IMG/VR virus record: IMGVR_UViG_3300037264_003470
Location: 1-63,163 of that record
Length of the DNA stretch: 63,163 bases
Reading direction: 5' to 3' (one strand)
Source of the DNA: a virus
Taxonomy: Duplodnaviria > Caudoviricetes
Made by a program: the position numbers and the translations under genes. Shown here in pieces: positions 59,039 to 63,163 of this stretch; within the stretch, counting starts at the first letter, position 1, and every line of letters starts with the position of its first letter. Under the pieces are notes generated by a model that had not been told where the DNA came from, searched no databases, and was given only the letters and a program-made list of their open reading frames with translations.

Positions 59039-59404
59039 TTAACTCCAGTGTAGTCCTCCCGTCAGCGCCACGTCCACGCCGATCCCGTTCGCCTGCAACA
59101 AGCGGGCCGCGCGGCTGAGGTCGTCCTCATGGCCAGCGCAGTCTTCCCCGATCCCGTCCACGGGACGGAACTTCCCCCAGCCGAACGTGAGGAAGCCGTC
59201 CAAGTCCCCGATGGGGCCGTCGCTATCGCGCTCCTTCCACTGGCGATAGCCGTCCTCATACTCATTCCAGGCAGTCGCCGCAGCGCGTTCGGCATCGTGC
59301 CGCTTGGCCATTTCGGTCATGCGGTCGTGCGTGCCGCTGGGGACGCGAGCCAGGACTTCCAAGGCGGCGCGGTCGGTCGTGTTCGGATAGAGGCGGGTTC
59401 CCAT
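59039..59404 (-). CDS. array cassette: hypothetical
   Basis: 121 aa, fills repeat slot, GGAG SD. Confidence 0.8.
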   Translation of the reverse strand: MGTRLYPNTTDRAALEVLARVPSGTHDRMTEMAKRHDAERAAATAWNEYEDGYRQWKERDSDGPIGDLDGFLTFGWGKFRPVDGIGEDCAGHEDDLSRAARLLQANGIGVDVALTGGLHWS

Positions 59405-59696
59405 CGTCAGACTCCAGTAAGGGGTGATCGTCGCTACAACCCAATTAGTACAACCTTGATTAGAGGTTCATTAGGGAGGAACGGCTGGACGGCGCAAAGT
59501 CGGTCGAGGTTCGAGGTTAAAATGGCCCGTAATCGCGCCAGGATCGCTTGAGACGAGCGCAAACGGGTCGAGGCTATGTCGGGTCGGTTTTAGGTTTGGA
59601 GGGCTTAAAAGCGATTTAATCGCATTCCAGGCTGGCGCTAGTTTGTACACTATAAATTGGCATTAAATGAGGTTGTACTGATATTAAATTGGTAAT

Positions 59697-59721
59697 AAAA
59701 AACCCACCCTTGCGGGTGGGC
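59697..59721 (-). terminator. rho-independent terminator
   Basis: minus strand CCCACCC-GCAA-GGGTGGG followed by T6. Confidence 0.85.
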
Positions 59722-59729
59722 TGTGTCGG

Positions 59730-60044
59730 TCAAACCTCGACCGTTTCCTGCCCGTTGGCGATACGGGCAAGCTGGCCAGCGTACTTGTGCAGCATACGGC
59801 GGGCTGCGCCAAGCTGATTGACAGACAACGGGCAAGGATAGCGCGGGTCGGGTCGGAGGCACTTCTGCGCCAAGTCGGAACCGAACTTGGCATCCCTGTA
59901 ATTGAAGCCGCGCCCGTTGTCGTGCTTGGTGGTTTCGTCGCTTTTCTCGTCCTCGGTCTGGCGCTCGTACAGGACGACAAGAGCGCGGTAGACGGCCTTG
60001 GGGTTGTTGGCCAGCAGCACGCGGATGGATTCGGTAGTGTGCAT
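59730..60044 (-). CDS. array cassette: phage-type hypothetical protein
   Basis: NGRGFN.RDA...LS..Q...AR..L.KYAGQL; GGAG SD. Confidence 0.8.
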   Translation of the reverse strand: MHTTESIRVLLANNPKAVYRALVVLYERQTEDEKSDETTKHDNGRGFNYRDAKFGSDLAQKCLRPDPRYPCPLSVNQLGAARRMLHKYAGQLARIANGQETVEV

Positions 60045-60149
60045 CGCGGTACTCCGTAAGGGGTGATCTTCACTACACCCCGATTAGTACAACCGCAATG
60101 ATCCTGTAATGGGAAAGGGCAGGGTTGCGGTCCCCTGCCTTCCCTGGAG

Positions 60150-60395
60150 TTACTCGTCGTACTTGCCGTGATACTGGCGGTCGCTCACCTTGCGGTCGAG
60201 GTTGCGACCGATGCCGCGCGATTCGGGCCGCTTGGCAGGCGGGTCGCAATCGGCGCAGGCGCTCTTGTGTTCGTTGTAGGCGCTCCAGAAAGCGTGCTTG
60301 CAAGAGCAGCAAAGCCGCTGCACCAGGATAGCGCCGCCCGTCGTCTTGCGGGACGCGATGACCTCACCGACGCCGACTTGGACCAGAGCGTTCAT
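60150..60395 (-). CDS. array cassette: zinc-ribbon protein
   Basis: start moved to MNALVQV (AAGGAG SD); CCSC..CADC. Confidence 0.75.
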   Translation of the reverse strand: MNALVQVGVGEVIASRKTTGGAILVQRLCCSCKHAFWSAYNEHKSACADCDPPAKRPESRGIGRNLDRKVSDRQYHGKYDE

Positions 60396-60486
60396 GCGAT
60401 GCTCCTTGAAAGGGGTGATGTTCGCTACACCAGGATTAGTACAACCGCAATGATCCTGTAATGGGAGTGGGCGCACTCCCTCGGTG

Positions 60487-60672
60487 TTACTCCGCTTTCC
60501 AGCGGCGGGCCTTGCGTGCGGCCTTGATGCGGCGGCGCTCCCTGCGCTTGTCAGCAGCAGCGGCCATACCGATCTGATCCTCGATGCGGAACAGGTTGCC
60601 GCGTTCGGGCGCAGGGCCGAGCTTGATGGTGAAGCCCTTGTCATTGCGGCGGATTGCGGTTGTCTGGTGCAT
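60487..60672 (-). CDS. array cassette: basic small protein
   Basis: AAGGAG SD, Arg-rich C-terminus. Confidence 0.7.
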   Translation of the reverse strand: MHQTTAIRRNDKGFTIKLGPAPERGNLFRIEDQIGMAAAADKRRERRRIKAARKARRWKAE

Positions 60673-60741
60673 GATTGTTCTCCTTACTCTATTTAGTACA
60701 ACCGCAATGATCTTGTAATGGGAGTGGGCGCTCCCTTGCTG

Positions 60742-60915
60742 TTAGCAGACCTGATACTCATGTCCGTTCACAGTCAAGACGCCGCCGAAGAACGTCCACG
60801 TCGGTTCGCTGGTCAGCGCAGCTTCATGCGCCGCAAGCAATTGCTCCATGTCCTCCTCGATCTGTTGCTTGCTCAGACTCTGGCCGCTACGGTCGGTTGC
60901 GTTCAGAATGGTCAT
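60742..60915 (-). CDS. array cassette: 57-aa hypothetical
   Basis: MTILNATDRS...HEYQVC*, AAGGAGG SD. Confidence 0.7.
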   Translation of the reverse strand: MTILNATDRSGQSLSKQQIEEDMEQLLAAHEAALTSEPTWTFFGGVLTVNGHEYQVC

Positions 60916-60985
60916 GCTTCCCTCCTTGCTCCAATCAGTACAACCTCGATTAGAGGATGATTAGGGAGTGGGCGCTCCCTTCCCC

Positions 60986-61261
60986 TTAGTCCTGGGTGCG
61001 GCAGTAGCACTTGTAGGGCTTGTTATCGGGGCCGTAGACGACGAGGTTGAAAGACGAGCCACTGCCGTCTTCTCTCTGAATGCTGGACAGGATGCAAGGG
61101 ATGCCATTGATGCTGATGCCGCCCTTGCATCCGCTGGCCGTGAGCGCGTTGAACAGGGTGAACTTGGTCATCGGCGTGGCACAACGCATCAAGCGCTGTT
61201 CCATCGTCAAGTCGAGCGTGGCAGTGGCAGAGCGCCGAGTCGAGAGAGTCCCTTGCAGCAT
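60986..61261 (-). CDS. array cassette: hypothetical
   Basis: 91 aa, GGAGG SD. Confidence 0.75.
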   Translation of the reverse strand: MLQGTLSTRRSATATLDLTMEQRLMRCATPMTKFTLFNALTASGCKGGISINGIPCILSSIQREDGSGSSFNLVVYGPDNKPYKCYCRTQD

Positions 61262-61359
61262 GACAGCCTCCAGTTAGGGTTATCGTTACACTTCATTTAG
61301 TACAACCTTAATTAGAGGATAAAAAGGCAGGGTTTGCGTTCCCCTGCCCACCCCTAACG

Positions 61360-61563
61360 TTATGCTACCATGTCTTTGAGTTGTTCGCTCTGGCTCTTGG
61401 CGTGGTTGAACGGGACCAGATAGAACCCGTGCGGGATGACGTGGCCAAGCCAGAACAATTCGCCGCCGCGCCAGACCAGCATCAGCTTCCCCCGCTTGGC
61501 ATGGGAATAGGTGAAGTCGTCAGCAAGGACGCGGGCCAACTGGCGAGAGATGTAGGTTCGCAT
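61360..61563 (-). CDS. array cassette: hypothetical
   Basis: start moved to MRTYISRQ (GGAG SD). Confidence 0.75.
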   Translation of the reverse strand: MRTYISRQLARVLADDFTYSHAKRGKLMLVWRGGELFWLGHVIPHGFYLVPFNHAKSQSEQLKDMVA

Positions 61564-61666
61564 CGCAGTTCTCCGTAAGGGGTGATGTTGGCTACACACA
61601 AATTAGTACAACCTTAATTACAGGATGATAACAAAAAAAGGCAGGGGTTTCCCCCTGCCCTATTGT

Positions 61667-61945
61667 TTACGCGGCCTTGACCGCGAGGAGCGTGTCGAGC
61701 GGCGACTGCCCCTCGAAGTCGGCCAGGTAGGAAATGGGGTTCATCTTCCGCGCCTCCTGCGCCTTGTTCTTGCTCAAGCCCGTCTTGGCGACGACCTCCT
61801 TGACGGACAAGAGCCGACGCATCAGCGGGCCGATGACGGGCTTGCCCTTGTCGGACGGCACCGTGGGATTGTCCACGATGCGGGACACCTTCAGACCGTT
61901 CTCGATGCGGGACAGCAGGACCACCGTGACGTTGAGCAGCTTCAT
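61667..61945 (-). CDS. array cassette: hypothetical, possible HTH-like segment
   Basis: LSVKEVVAKTGLSKN; GGAG SD. Confidence 0.75.
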   Translation of the reverse strand: MKLLNVTVVLLSRIENGLKVSRIVDNPTVPSDKGKPVIGPLMRRLLSVKEVVAKTGLSKNKAQEARKMNPISYLADFEGQSPLDTLLAVKAA

Positions 61946-62036
61946 CGCGTTACTCCAGAAAGGGGTGATGTTCGTTACAACCCAATTAGTACAACCTTGA
62001 TTAAGGGATCATTAGGGAGTGGGCGCTCCCTGTCCC

Positions 62037-62225
62037 TTATTCCCAATACGTCCCTCCCAGCGCTCCGCGCACCTTGACCAGACCAGCGGAGCGGAGCGCA
62101 TCTTCGCGTGCCTTGCGTGACGCATTCCGCTTGTCCCGCTTGCGCTTGCCTTCGTCGCAATCGCGGCAGAGGTTGTCGCCGTCAGCCGTGGCAATCTCGC
62201 AGCCGCATTTCTCGCAAACCTTCAT
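62037..62225 (-). CDS. array cassette: zinc-ribbon protein
   Basis: CEKC..CRDC; GGAGG SD. Confidence 0.75.
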   Translation of the reverse strand: MKVCEKCGCEIATADGDNLCRDCDEGKRKRDKRNASRKAREDALRSAGLVKVRGALGGTYWE

Positions 62226-62294
62226 GGTCGCCTCCAGTGTTAGGGTTATACCACAATTAGTACAACCTTAATTAGAGGAAGATTGGGCGCTCCC

Positions 62295-62468
62295 TTAGCG
62301 TGGTTCAACTTTGGTATAGTGCCAAAAGTGGCGGATTGTGCCGTCCCGTCTCGCATCGTCCAGGCGCTTTACCTCTTCGTCGGCCCGTTCTTTGGTCCAA
62401 ACGACCTTGACAACGGTGATAGCACCGTCTTGAAAATGATGCCGAACAACCGCGAATGCGTCATCCAT
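62295..62468 (-). CDS. array cassette: 57-aa hypothetical
   Basis: MDDAFAVV...TKVEPR*, AGGGGA SD. Confidence 0.65.
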   Translation of the reverse strand: MDDAFAVVRHHFQDGAITVVKVVWTKERADEEVKRLDDARRDGTIRHFWHYTKVEPR

Positions 62469-62543
62469 TGTTTCCCCTTTGTAGGTCTAGTACAACCTTA
62501 ATTAGAGGAAGATTGGCAGGGTTTGCGGTCCCCTGCCCACCCC

Positions 62544-62735
62544 TTACTTGACGTACTCTTTGCTTTCGCCCGTCTTGATGCTGACGACCTCGTACTTGCG
62601 CTGAATGAGGTCTTTCAGGGTTTGCGGGTGAACGCCCGCCATGCTGCGGATGACGACGGTGAATTCCTGCACCGCATGGTCGAGGGTGACGGTCTTTCCA
62701 TCGGTCAGCTTCTCGCCGTAGAGGTGAATCATCAT
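62544..62735 (-). CDS. array cassette: hypothetical
   Basis: 63 aa, GGAG SD. Confidence 0.75.
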   Translation of the reverse strand: MMIHLYGEKLTDGKTVTLDHAVQEFTVVIRSMAGVHPQTLKDLIQRKYEVVSIKTGESKEYVK

Positions 62736-62824
62736 GGCACTTCTCCAGTGTTAGGGTTATACCTCAATTAGTACAACCTTAATTAGAGGAAGATTGGCAG
62801 GGTTTGCGGTCCCCTGCCTTCCCC

Positions 62825-63085
62825 TTAGTGCGGCACCGTTGCGAGCAGCTTTTGCAACTTCTCTTTCTGTTTCCAGTGTTCCGCGTTCCAGATGTTCTCA
62901 TTCAGAGCGCGGCGGATGCGGTCGCGTATCTCTCGCGTCTTGTAAGCGTAAGAGCATTCCGCCCACATCTCTTCCGCGAAGTCGAGCAGCGTCAGCGCCT
63001 CCTCGTACTTCTCCGCGTTGCAGAGGTCCAGAATGCGGTCCTTCTGGCGAACAAGCAGATTGTCCAGAGCGTATTCAGCGATCAT
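62825..63085 (-). CDS. array cassette: hypothetical helical protein
   Basis: 86 aa, GGAGG SD. Confidence 0.75.
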   Translation of the reverse strand: MIAEYALDNLLVRQKDRILDLCNAEKYEEALTLLDFAEEMWAECSYAYKTREIRDRIRRALNENIWNAEHWKQKEKLQKLLATVPH

Positions 63086-63163
63086 GGTCGCCTCCAGGGT
63101 TAGGGTTATACACCAATTAGTACAACCTTAATTAGAGGATAATTAGGGAGTGGGCGCTCCCTT

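Larger units (their letters stand above)
57575..63163 (-). repeat. array of modular intergenic repeats, one per gene; continues beyond the window
   Basis: +strand AGTACAACC core at 57575, 57771, 58108, 58661, 58990, 59447, 60086, 60438, 60695, 60937, 61299, 61605, 61988, 62259, 62489, 62770, 63119; inverted copy at 59671-59679. Confidence 0.97.

Noticed and set aside
57841-63120. Plus-strand and alternative-frame ORFs in the array
   Set aside because: Expected in GC-rich DNA; they cross repeats and lack SDs, whereas the minus-strand ORFs fit the slots exactly.
57575-63163. CRISPR array
   Set aside because: Intervals are about 200-640 bp and contain whole ORFs with SDs; repeats are degenerate and modular; no cas genes in the window.
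57575-63163. Classical integron attC array
   Set aside because: No consistent RYYYAAC...GTTRRRY ends or single long imperfect palindrome, and no IntI in the window; kept only as an analogy.
1-63163. Stop-codon reassignment
   Set aside because: Genes are long and densely packed in code 11, with TAA, TAG and TGA all used as stops.

Overview
This window looks like part of a large, AT-rich, contractile-tailed (T4-related or jumbo-type) bacteriophage genome in the standard genetic code. 0-20 kb: accessory and virion-associated genes, including glpX FBPase, an actin-like ATPase, glycosyltransferases, and three PKD-domain paralogs, one with a very long Cys/Pro repeat. 19.5-35.8 kb: baseplate and tail module (gpH/gpI-, gp6-, gp25-, gp5-, hub-, gp53- and tube-initiator-like genes, a 1983-aa tape measure, and a gp2-like DNA end protector). 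36-57 kb: CCA-adding-family enzyme plus an RNA-repair-type HAD phosphatase, radical SAM, ClpP, DNA methyltransferase, an SF2 helicase-like/methyltransferase-like pair, and many small ORFs. From about 57.6 kb to the window end the DNA abruptly turns GC-rich and forms a cassette-like array. It has 16 small co-oriented ORFs, each with its own copy of a modular intergenic repeat (terminator-like hairpin, invariant GGTTGTACT core, usually a leader hairpin, and an SD). There are 17 co-oriented core copies and one inverted copy. Two further cross-window patterns: (a) about ten proteins, including the CCA enzyme and the HAD, begin with a motif resembling the T4 capsid-targeting sequence; (b) TA(A/G/T)ATA late-promoter-like boxes sit 4-7 nt before SD-less ATGs. 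All product calls come from motif recognition by eye; no database search was run. No tRNA, rRNA, CRISPR array or integrase was seen.
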